A stretch of DNA of 32,000 nt from Bifidobacterium longum subsp. longum JCM 1217 (lineage in GTDB: Bacteria > Actinomycetota > Actinomycetes > Actinomycetales > Bifidobacteriaceae), in NCBI RefSeq assembly GCF_000196555.1, contig NC_015067.1, positions 420,001 to 452,000 of the forward strand. Direction: 5' to 3'. The notes under the pieces are model-generated. The model made no database searches. It worked only from the letters and a program-made list of their open reading frames with translations, and was not told the origin of the DNA. Of this stretch, positions 24,991 through 32,000 are shown piece after piece. The position numbers and the translations under genes are program-made. The number at the start of each line of letters is the position of its first letter. Position 1 is the stretch's first letter.

Positions 24991-27150
24991 ATGACTACTC
25001 GTAGAACGTTCAGGTGGCCGTCCCTGCTGACTGAATCCGGTCGTGGCATCGCGTTCGGCGGCGACTACAATCCGGACCAGTGGCCCGAGGAGACACTGGA
25101 CGAGGACATTCGCCTGATGGTCCAAGCCGGCGTCAACACCGTGGCCCTCGCCATCTTCAGCTGGGACAAGATCGAACCGCGCGAGGGCGAGTTCACGTTC
25201 GAGTGGCTTGACCACGTGATCGACAAGCTCGGCGCGGCGAGCATCGCCGTGGACCTGGCATCGGCCACTGCCACGGCCCCGTTGTGGCTGTACGAGCGTC
25301 ATCCTGAGGTGCTGCCAATCGATCGGTACGGCCATGTGGTCAATGCGGGCTCACGCCAGTCGTGGCAGCCCACAAGCCCGGTGCTCAAGGAATACGCGCT
25401 GCGCCTGTGCCGCAAACTTGCCGAACACTACAAGGACAATCCATACGTGACGGCCTGGCACATGGGCAACGAATACGGCTGGAACAACCGCTACGACTAC
25501 TCCGACAACGCCTTGGCCGCGTTCCGCACGTGGTGCGAGGCCAAATACGGGACCGTCGACGCGTTGAACGAAGCGTGGGGCACGGCCTTCTGGTCCCAGC
25601 ACGTGAACAGCTTCGACGAGGTGTTGCTGCCTCGCCACATGGGCGGCGACAGCATGGTCAACCCGCCCCAGCAGTTGGATTACGAGCGGTTCGGCAACGA
25701 CATGCTGCTCGACTTCTACAAGGCCGAACGCGACGCCATCGAAGAAATCTGCCCCGGCAAGCCGTTCACCACGAACTTCATGGTCTCCACCGACCAATGC
25801 ACCATGGACTACGCGCAATGGGCAAACGAAGTGGACTTCGTGTCCAACGATCACTACTTCCATGAGGGCGAATCCCATCTGGACGAACTCGCCTGCTCGG
25901 ACGCGCTCATGGACTCGCTCGCGCTCGGCAAGCCGTGGTACGTGATGGAGCACTCCACCTCCGCCGTCCAATGGAAGCCGCTTAACACGCGCAAGCGCGC
26001 CGGCGAGCTCATGCGCGACTCCTTGGCCCACGTGGCCATGGGTGCCGACGCCATCAACTTCTTCCAATGGAGACAATCCGCATCGGGTGCCGAGGCGTTC
26101 CACTCCGCGATGGTGCCCCACGCGGGCTCCGATACGAAACTGTTTCGAGGAGTGTGCGAACTCGGCGCCGCGCTGAAGACGCTGTCCGACGCGGGTGTGC
26201 AAGACACGGAACTGAAGCGCGCGGACACGGCGATTCTGTTTAGTGCGGAATCCGAATGGGCCACTCGCTCCGAGACCCTGCCCAGCATGAAACTCAATCA
26301 CTGGCATGACGTACGCGACTGGTATCGCGGATATCTCGATGCCGGAGCGCGCGCGGACGTGGTCCCGCTCGCCTACGATTGGAGCGGCTACCAGACTATC
26401 GTGCTGCCCACCGTGATCGCCCTGTCCGACGAGGATACCCGTCGCATCGCGGACTTTGCCGAAAACGGCGGTACGGTCATCGTCGGCTATGCCACCGGCC
26501 TGATCGACGAACACTTCCACATCGGTCTCGGCGGATACCCCGGCGCCGGCAACGGACTTCTGCGCGACATGCTCGGCATCCGCTCCGAAGAATTCAACAT
26601 CCTCGGAGAAGAAGCCGAAGACGAACCGGCCGAAATCGGTTTGTCGAATGGACTCACGACACGTCTGTGGCAGAATGACGTGACCTCGGTCGCTCCAGAC
26701 ACTCGCGTGCTTGCCACGTACGTGGGTACAGCCGCTGCTGACTGGGAGCTCGACGGCGTCCCCGCCATCACCAGTCACCCCCACGGCCAAGGCGCCGCCA
26801 TCTACGTGGGCTGCGATCTTGGCCGCCACGACATCACCCACTTGCTCAAGGAACTCAACACAACAGCCCCCTCCGACGAAAGGGCTCCCGACCAAAGGCC
26901 GGGTGGGGGAGAGATCAACGCCGCAACTACGACCGCAGCAGCCACGACTCATGACCCCCGCATCCTGCACACCATCCGCCAATCCTCAGACGGTACCATC
27001 CGCTTCGATTTCTATCTGAACCGTTCGAAGCAGCCCGTTGCCGTCAACGGTGTGGAAGGTGATCCCATCATCGCCCACCGTTGCGAGACTGACGCCGTTG
27101 GATATACGCTGAACCGCAACGCCATTCTTATCGCTAAAACGTCCTGCTAA
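24991..27150 (+). CDS. beta-galactosidase, glycoside hydrolase family 42
   Basis: Start at ATG 24991 (AAAGGA upstream). GH42 blocks GGDYNPDQWPEE, WHMGNEYG (acid/base Glu) and WYVMEHSTSAVQW (nucleophile Glu), plus trimerisation and C-terminal beta domains. Position next to a LacI gene resembles galG-galR of bifidobacterial galactan clusters. Confidence 0.92.
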   Translation: MTTRRTFRWPSLLTESGRGIAFGGDYNPDQWPEETLDEDIRLMVQAGVNTVALAIFSWDKIEPREGEFTFEWLDHVIDKLGAASIAVDLASATATAPLWLYERHPEVLPIDRYGHVVNAGSRQSWQPTSPVLKEYALRLCRKLAEHYKDNPYVTAWHMGNEYGWNNRYDYSDNALAAFRTWCEAKYGTVDALNEAWGTAFWSQHVNSFDEVLLPRHMGGDSMVNPPQQLDYERFGNDMLLDFYKAERDAIEEICPGKPFTTNFMVSTDQCTMDYAQWANEVDFVSNDHYFHEGESHLDELACSDALMDSLALGKPWYVMEHSTSAVQWKPLNTRKRAGELMRDSLAHVAMGADAINFFQWRQSASGAEAFHSAMVPHAGSDTKLFRGVCELGAALKTLSDAGVQDTELKRADTAILFSAESEWATRSETLPSMKLNHWHDVRDWYRGYLDAGARADVVPLAYDWSGYQTIVLPTVIALSDEDTRRIADFAENGGTVIVGYATGLIDEHFHIGLGGYPGAGNGLLRDMLGIRSEEFNILGEEAEDEPAEIGLSNGLTTRLWQNDVTSVAPDTRVLATYVGTAAADWELDGVPAITSHPHGQGAAIYVGCDLGRHDITHLLKELNTTAPSDERAPDQRPGGGEINAATTTAAATTHDPRILHTIRQSSDGTIRFDFYLNRSKQPVAVNGVEGDPIIAHRCETDAVGYTLNRNAILIAKTSC

Positions 27151-27193
27151 ACCGCGCTAGAATGGCAATGTTGTCCGGATAGAGGAGTGTGGC

Positions 27194-28249
27194 ATGAGCG
27201 ACGAGAAAACAGCCAAGCGTCGAGTGACGCTACGCGATGTCGCTCAGGCCGCCGGTGTATCGCTCAAAACTGCGTCGAACGTGATCAATGGCTCCGGGCG
27301 TATGACCGATGAAACCCGTGCAAAGGTTGAAACAGTCATTAAGGACCTCGGCTACCGAGTCAACGTGGCCGCCCGTAACCTCAACCGCGATCACACCGGT
27401 TTCATCACCCTTGCCGTGCCTTCGCTGATTCCGCCATATCTGGCCGAGTTGGCCAACCGCACCATCGAGGCCGCCCGTCAGCGCGACTACTCCGTATACG
27501 TCACCACGTATGCAGAGGGCTCGGCCAAAGGAGCGCGTGACCTGCTCAAGAACTTCAACTCCACCGTGTCAGACGGCATGATTCTCTCCATGAGCGAGGT
27601 GGAGGATATTTCGCCCGAAGACCTGAAGGTCGATTTCCCGCTGGTTATTGTCGGTGCCCGAACCACATGGGGTGTTGCCGACCACGTGACTCCGGACGAT
27701 GTTGCCGCCGCAGCAACAGCGGCAGGCTACCTATACGATCGAGGTTCTTCTCGCCTCGCTGTAGTGGGCGCACGAGACGACTATAACGCGGCCGCTTTGT
27801 TGCAGGCTGTGGAAGGCAACGCACAACTGCGTTTGCGTGGTGTCATTGAAGAAACGCGCCGCCGTGGGCTTGAGCTGGATCCTCATCTGATTGGCAACAC
27901 CGATCAGGATTGGACCATCGGCGCTGGCGCTCGCGTGACTCAGCGACTGATTGATTCCGGCGTGCCATTCGACGGTGTGATCGCACTGAACGATCAGTTG
28001 GCCATCGGCGCATTGACCGCTCTGCGCACCGCTGGTTATGAGGTGCCCGCGCAGGTGCAGGTCATCGGCTTCGACAACAACGAGGAAGCCCCCTACCTGC
28101 AGATTCCGCTGACCACCATGGATTCCCGCCTTGACTGGACAGCTCCCACGGCAGTGAATCGCATCCTCGGACGCATCGATGGCAGCATCACCAAACCCGA
28201 ACTGCTCACCACCGAATCCCAAGTCATCGCCCGCGCCTCCACACGCTGA
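27194..28249 (+). CDS. LacI-family transcriptional regulator (GalR-like by context)
   Basis: HTH VTLRDVAQAAGVSLKTASNVINGSGRMTDETRAKVETVIKDLGYRVNVAARNL plus a sugar-binding domain. AGAGGAG lies upstream of the ATG. Confidence 0.9.
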   Translation: MSDEKTAKRRVTLRDVAQAAGVSLKTASNVINGSGRMTDETRAKVETVIKDLGYRVNVAARNLNRDHTGFITLAVPSLIPPYLAELANRTIEAARQRDYSVYVTTYAEGSAKGARDLLKNFNSTVSDGMILSMSEVEDISPEDLKVDFPLVIVGARTTWGVADHVTPDDVAAAATAAGYLYDRGSSRLAVVGARDDYNAAALLQAVEGNAQLRLRGVIEETRRRGLELDPHLIGNTDQDWTIGAGARVTQRLIDSGVPFDGVIALNDQLAIGALTALRTAGYEVPAQVQVIGFDNNEEAPYLQIPLTTMDSRLDWTAPTAVNRILGRIDGSITKPELLTTESQVIARASTR

Positions 28250-28258
28250 CGCTAATCT

Positions 28259-28307
28259 GGCTCCCCTCCCTGGGGGGAGCTGTCACCGAAGGTGACTGAG
28301 GGGAGCC
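28259..28307 (+). repeat. REP-like multi-hairpin element, family 1, copy C
   Basis: GGCTCCCCTCC-c-TGGGGGGAGCT GTCACC-gaa-GGTGAC TGAGGGGAGCC. The central stem carries a compensatory G>C / C>G pair relative to copies A and B. Confidence 0.9.
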
Positions 28308-28448
28308 TTGCGGAACATTGTCATCTCCCGTCGTAACTCGTAATTGTCACTCGTTTGAGTGGCCCCATGTGTCATCGGAGGTAGCCGTTCACTCCGCTCC
28401 GAGTTCGTGCATCTCTCTCCCCCCCCACGATAAGAGACGCCGTTGGCG

Positions 28449-29839
28449 GGTTCTAGTGATCGTTGCAACACCTGACCTACCGCAAGGAGGGTCAGGTGAC
28501 CAGAAGCCACCGAAACGAAGACCGTGGCGGGGAACACCGTTGGACGTTCAACGGCGTCGAATATCCGACGAGGAAGCTGATGTGCGAGGCGAGACGCGCC
28601 GAGTACGTGCGCCTGCTGGACGAGGAAGGCATGAACTTCACCCAGGCCGCGCACGCGGTCGGCGTCTCGAAACGCACCGGCAAGGCGTGGCGCAACGGCA
28701 GGACGCGCGCCACGGGAAGGAACGAGAAACCCCTGGTGGACTGGTATCGTTCCACCATGGACAAACCCAAGACCCTCCATCCGCGCTACCTGAGCCAGGA
28801 GGAGCGCATCCAGATCGCGGACCGTCTGCGTCTGGGCGATTCGATCCGCGCCATCGCCCGCCTGCTGGGCCGCGACCCCGGCACGGTCAGCCGCGAGGTC
28901 GAGCGCAACAGGAATCCCGAGTCCGGCGGTTACGAGCCTTACCGCGCCCAGCAGAAGGCCGCGGACCGGCTCAAACGCCCCAAACCGCGCAAGGCGGCCG
29001 AGGGCACGCGACTGTGGGACGAGATCGCCGCCGGGTTGCGCAGGCATTGGAGCCCGGAGCAGATAGCCAACCGGCTGAGGCTGGACTTCCCGGATAATGG
29101 GGATATGCACGCGAGCGTCGAGACGATCTACCAGGCCATCTACCTGCAGGCCAGGGGCGAACTCAAGCAGGAGCTGAAACGCGCCATGAGGCAGGGGCGA
29201 ACCGCCCGCAGACCCCAAGGCGGCCAAGGCCGCAAACCCCGTTTCCGCGAACCCATGGCCATGATCTCGGAGCGACCCCCGGAGATCGAGGACCGGGCGG
29301 TCCCGGGCCACTGGGAGGGCGATCTCATCACCGGCAGCCGCAACAAAAGCGCCATCGGCACGCTCGTCGAGCGCACCACCAGGTTCACGATCCTGCTGCA
29401 CCTGCCCGACGGGCACGACGCCGAACACGTCCAGCAGGCCATCATCGACAAGATGCAGCACCTGCCCAAACTCCTGCGCAACAGCCTGACCTGGGACCAG
29501 GGAGCGGAACTCGCCCTGCACAAACGGATCGGCGCCTCGCTGGACATGGCCGTCTACTTCTGCGACCCGCACTCCCCGTGGCAGCGCGGCACCAACGAGA
29601 ACACCAACGGGCTCCTGCGCCAGTACTTCCCCAAAGGCACCGACCTATCCGTCTACCCGGAGGACTACCTCGACGCGGTCGCCGAGGAACTCAACGACCG
29701 GCCACGCAAAACCCTCGGGTTCATGAAACCAAGCGAGAAGATCATCGAACTGCTCGACGCCGCGTGATAACCTCAACAACCGACAACGTGACCATGGAAG
29801 GCCGCTCAAACCTCAGGTGTTGCAACCACCACTAGAATC
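28449..29839 (+). mobile_element. IS30-family insertion sequence (~1.39 kb)
   Basis: Terminal inverted repeats TTCTAGTGATCGTTGCAACACCTGA (28451-28475) and TCAGGTGTTGCAACCACCACTAGAA (29813-29837), 23/25 complementary, enclosing a single IS30-type transposase ORF. Confidence 0.85.
28496..29767 (+). CDS. IS30-family DDE transposase
   Basis: Start at GTG 28496 (AAGGAGG 6 nt upstream). N-terminal HTH; catalytic region PGHWEGDLI ... LTWDQGAE ... PWQRGTNENTNGLLRQYFPKGTDLS and RPRKTLGF, characteristic of IS30 transposases. Confidence 0.9.
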   Translation: MTRSHRNEDRGGEHRWTFNGVEYPTRKLMCEARRAEYVRLLDEEGMNFTQAAHAVGVSKRTGKAWRNGRTRATGRNEKPLVDWYRSTMDKPKTLHPRYLSQEERIQIADRLRLGDSIRAIARLLGRDPGTVSREVERNRNPESGGYEPYRAQQKAADRLKRPKPRKAAEGTRLWDEIAAGLRRHWSPEQIANRLRLDFPDNGDMHASVETIYQAIYLQARGELKQELKRAMRQGRTARRPQGGQGRKPRFREPMAMISERPPEIEDRAVPGHWEGDLITGSRNKSAIGTLVERTTRFTILLHLPDGHDAEHVQQAIIDKMQHLPKLLRNSLTWDQGAELALHKRIGASLDMAVYFCDPHSPWQRGTNENTNGLLRQYFPKGTDLSVYPEDYLDAVAEELNDRPRKTLGFMKPSEKIIELLDAA

Positions 29840-29932
29840 TGCCGTTCAATCGTTTAGTGACTTTTTGTTAATTTCTGTGCTTAAGTAGCAACTTTATGTG
29901 TGTTTTCTCTACGATCTGGTGTATATTATTTT

Positions 29933-29950
29933 TTGGTTTACCGGTGTATT
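29933..29950. promoter_or_regulatory. weak operator-like site TTGGTTTACCGGTGTATT in the AT-rich region upstream of the GPH transporter
   Basis: Shares TTGGT..AC.GGTGTA with the 24763-24782 palindrome (13/20 positions). Lies ~70 nt upstream of the transporter start. Confidence 0.35.
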
Positions 29951-30019
29951 GCACGCGCGATGTGTGAATTGCCGCAACATCGCTGATATGCGTACATGGA
30001 ATCTGGAGGAATGTATCTG

Positions 30020-31618
30020 ATGACGGCATCAACTGAATCGTCTACGCAATCCCATCATGATGAGAAAGAGGCCATTGCTCCCGCGCGACTTGTGGCCTAC
30101 GCGCTCGGCAACTTCGGCCAGTCGGCGTTCTACAACGCGCTAAGCACCTACTTCGTGGTCTATGTGACCAACTCGCTGTTCTCCGGAGTGGACAAGGCCG
30201 TGGCGGGCAAGCTCATCGGCATCATCACCTCGCTGATCGTGATCATTCGTATCGCGGAAATCTTCGTGGACCCGCTGCTGGGCAACCTGGTGGATAACAC
30301 CACCACCAAACTCGGGCGATTCCGCCCTTGGCAGCTCATCGGCGGTCTGGTGTCCGCCGTGCTGATCGTCATGGTCTACACTGGCCTGTTCGGCTTGGTC
30401 AACGTCAACACCACGCTGTTCATCGTCCTGTTCGTGGTGGTGTTCGTGGTGCTCGATGTGTTCTACTCCCTGCGCGATATCTCCTACTGGGGAATGATCC
30501 CCTCCATCTCTTCCGACTCCCATCAGCGCGGCATCTACACCGCAGCCGGCACCTTCACCGGATCGCTCGGGTACAACGGTCTGACTATCGCCGTGATGCC
30601 CATCGTCACCTTCTTCAGCTTCGATGCCGGCCAGCAGAACCAGAATGGTTGGACCGCGTTCATCATCATCGTGGCCCTGCTCGGCGCTCTCACGGCTCTG
30701 AGTGTAGTGTTCGGTGTCAAGGAAAAACAGAGCACGCTGCGCACCAAGGCCCAGGAGAACGGTAACCCGATTGAAGCGTTCCGCGCCCTGATTCACAACG
30801 ACCAGCTCATGTGGACCGCTTTGTCTTATGTGTTCTACGCCGTCGCCAACGTGGCCACCGGTGGCGTGATGGTCTACCTGTTCAAATACGTGATTGGTCG
30901 CATGGACCTTTTCCCGGTCACCGGCGTCATCCCTATTGCGTGCGGTCTGATTATGTCGGTACTGTTCCCGGTCATCACTAGGTGGGTGCCCCGCCGTTAT
31001 CTGTTCCTCATCGGCATGTCCGTGATGGTCGTGGCCTACCTGCTGCTGATTGTCGCCTCCACGAATATACCGCTGCTGCTGGTGGCACTAGTGCTGTTCT
31101 ACCTGCCGCAGACCCAGATTCAGATGACCGTGATCGTGTGCCTTGAGGACTCCATTGAATACGGCCAGCTGAAAACAGGCAAACGCAACGAAGCCGTGAC
31201 GCTGTCCGTGCGTCCGATGCTCGACAAGATCGCCGGCGCATTCTCCAACGGCTTCGTCGGCTTCGTGGCCGTGGCCGCCGGCATGATCGGTTCCGCCACC
31301 GCCGCCGACATGACGGCCAAGGACATCACCATCTTCAAGACCTTCGCCTTCATGATTCCGCTGGTGTGCATTGTGCTTGGCCTGATTGTGTTCGCGATTT
31401 TCGTGAAGATCGACGAAAAGGCCCATGCGCGTCTGGTCGCCAAGCTCACTGAGAATCTTGCGACGGCTGGCGATGGTGGTGGTAACGACGATGGTGTTGG
31501 TGTTGGTGTTGGTGACAATGGTGAGCATAATGGTGGCCACGCCAGCATCGCGTCGGAAGATTCCGCATTGGCGGAATACGGTCCCGAACTCGCCAAGCGG
31601 GTGTTGCTCGGCAAATAG
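30020..31618 (+). CDS. glycoside-pentoside-hexuronide (GPH):cation symporter family transporter
   Basis: Start preferred at ATG 30020 (GGAGGA 9 nt upstream); the track ORF starts at 29996. GPH signature LGNLVDNTTTKLGRFRPW and 12 hydrophobic segments. Gly/Asp/Val-rich C-terminal tail. Confidence 0.88.
   Translation: MTASTESSTQSHHDEKEAIAPARLVAYALGNFGQSAFYNALSTYFVVYVTNSLFSGVDKAVAGKLIGIITSLIVIIRIAEIFVDPLLGNLVDNTTTKLGRFRPWQLIGGLVSAVLIVMVYTGLFGLVNVNTTLFIVLFVVVFVVLDVFYSLRDISYWGMIPSISSDSHQRGIYTAAGTFTGSLGYNGLTIAVMPIVTFFSFDAGQQNQNGWTAFIIIVALLGALTALSVVFGVKEKQSTLRTKAQENGNPIEAFRALIHNDQLMWTALSYVFYAVANVATGGVMVYLFKYVIGRMDLFPVTGVIPIACGLIMSVLFPVITRWVPRRYLFLIGMSVMVVAYLLLIVASTNIPLLLVALVLFYLPQTQIQMTVIVCLEDSIEYGQLKTGKRNEAVTLSVRPMLDKIAGAFSNGFVGFVAVAAGMIGSATAADMTAKDITIFKTFAFMIPLVCIVLGLIVFAIFVKIDEKAHARLVAKLTENLATAGDGGGNDDGVGVGVGDNGEHNGGHASIASEDSALAEYGPELAKRVLLGK
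31493..31514 (+). repeat. in-frame hexanucleotide repeat (GGTGTT)x3+ encoding GVGVGVG in the transporter tail
   Basis: GGTGTTGGTGTTGGTGTTGGTG, read directly. Confidence 0.85.
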
Positions 31619-31641
31619 TGTTGCTGTGCGAATGAGCTGTT

Positions 31642-31785
31642 TCATGGGGTGGTGATTGGCCCATGGGGCGGTGAATTCCTCATGGGGCGGTGGCTGAAAA
31701 TGGCTTTATTCTGCGGAAGGTAAAATTTTACCGACCGCCCCATGGGCAAGTTACCGCCCCATGGGATTTTCGCCGCCCCATGGAT
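31642..31785. repeat. phased motif array: 3 forward CATGGGG(C/T)GGTG and 3 reverse (A/G)CCGCCCCATGG copies
   Basis: CATGGGG starts at 31643, 31662 and 31681. CCCCATG ends at 31744, 31763 and 31782, so spacing is exactly 19 bp in both sets. The sets are separated by a ~40-nt AT-rich spacer. Degenerate relatives occur at ~31814-31829, 31899-31912 and 31970-31983. Confidence 0.85.
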
Positions 31786-32000
31786 GTACGGGTAAAGGCG
31801 GCCGAATTGCCTCGTGCCGCCCCCGTGGATATGCAAGTTAAAGAGCATCGGCAGCATGACTGAATGCACATAGAGCGTCCCCCGCATGGTTGTGCCACGT
31901 TCCATGGCGGGGTCGCCGTGGTGACTGTCGCCAGTACACGCCATGCCACGCGAGCACGTTGTTGCCGGTGTTCCATGGCGGAAACGTCGTGGGCATACAC

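Noticed and set aside
28439-29846. GCCGTT on both sides of the IS30 element as a target-site duplication
   Set aside because: The two hexamers are not equidistant from the inverted-repeat ends (6 nt from the left end, 3 nt from the right end), so they cannot both abut the element. Probably coincidence.
31642-31785. CRISPR array
   Set aside because: The repeats are only 12-13 bp with 6-7-bp spacers and switch orientation midway. This is incompatible with CRISPR repeat/spacer dimensions.
31642-32000. Minus-strand ORFs 31642..31944 (100 aa) and 31728..32000 (90 aa), and plus-strand ORF 31425..31655
   Set aside because: The reading frames are created by the GC-rich repeated motif (recurring PMG/PWGG/PHG peptides). 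No RBS or start context. Better explained as a non-coding repeat array.

Overview
High-GC (~60%) actinobacterial chromosome segment. Gene content and order look like Bifidobacterium (B. longum group); this is an inference, since no search was run. Left to right: 3' part of pgi, rplS, lepB, rnhB, a LacI-family regulator (AraQ-like) with the araB-araD-araA arabinose operon, and a convergent class-I glutamine amidotransferase / peptidase C26 gene. Next come a polytopic Wzy/O-antigen-ligase-like membrane protein, then an ABC system with two different FtsX/MacB-type permeases and one ATPase, then a convergent long-chain acyl-CoA ligase. After a short frameshifted stub of an MFS sugar-porter gene lies one very long ORF that fuses CydD-like and CydC-like ABC half-transporters. 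Then follow an MFS sugar porter with a ~270-aa non-transporter tail, a GH42 beta-galactosidase with its LacI-family regulator, an IS30-family insertion sequence, and a GPH-family glycoside symporter. No rRNA, tRNA or CRISPR was recognised. Most of the unexplained structure is non-coding. (1) A ~50-bp multi-hairpin repeat family has three intergenic copies and a fourth degenerate copy that encodes the linker of the CydDC fusion. (2) A ~105-bp palindromic element overlaps the stop codons of both araD and araA. (3) A 21-bp perfect duplication includes the pgi stop codon. (4) Paired LacI-type operators sit at two loci. (5) A 29-codon ORF with a consensus SD abuts the GH42 start. (6) A 12-13-bp motif occurs 3x forward and 3x reverse with exact 19-bp phasing at the right edge of the window. 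Many long ORFs in the track are antisense shadow ORFs typical of high-GC DNA and are not called.
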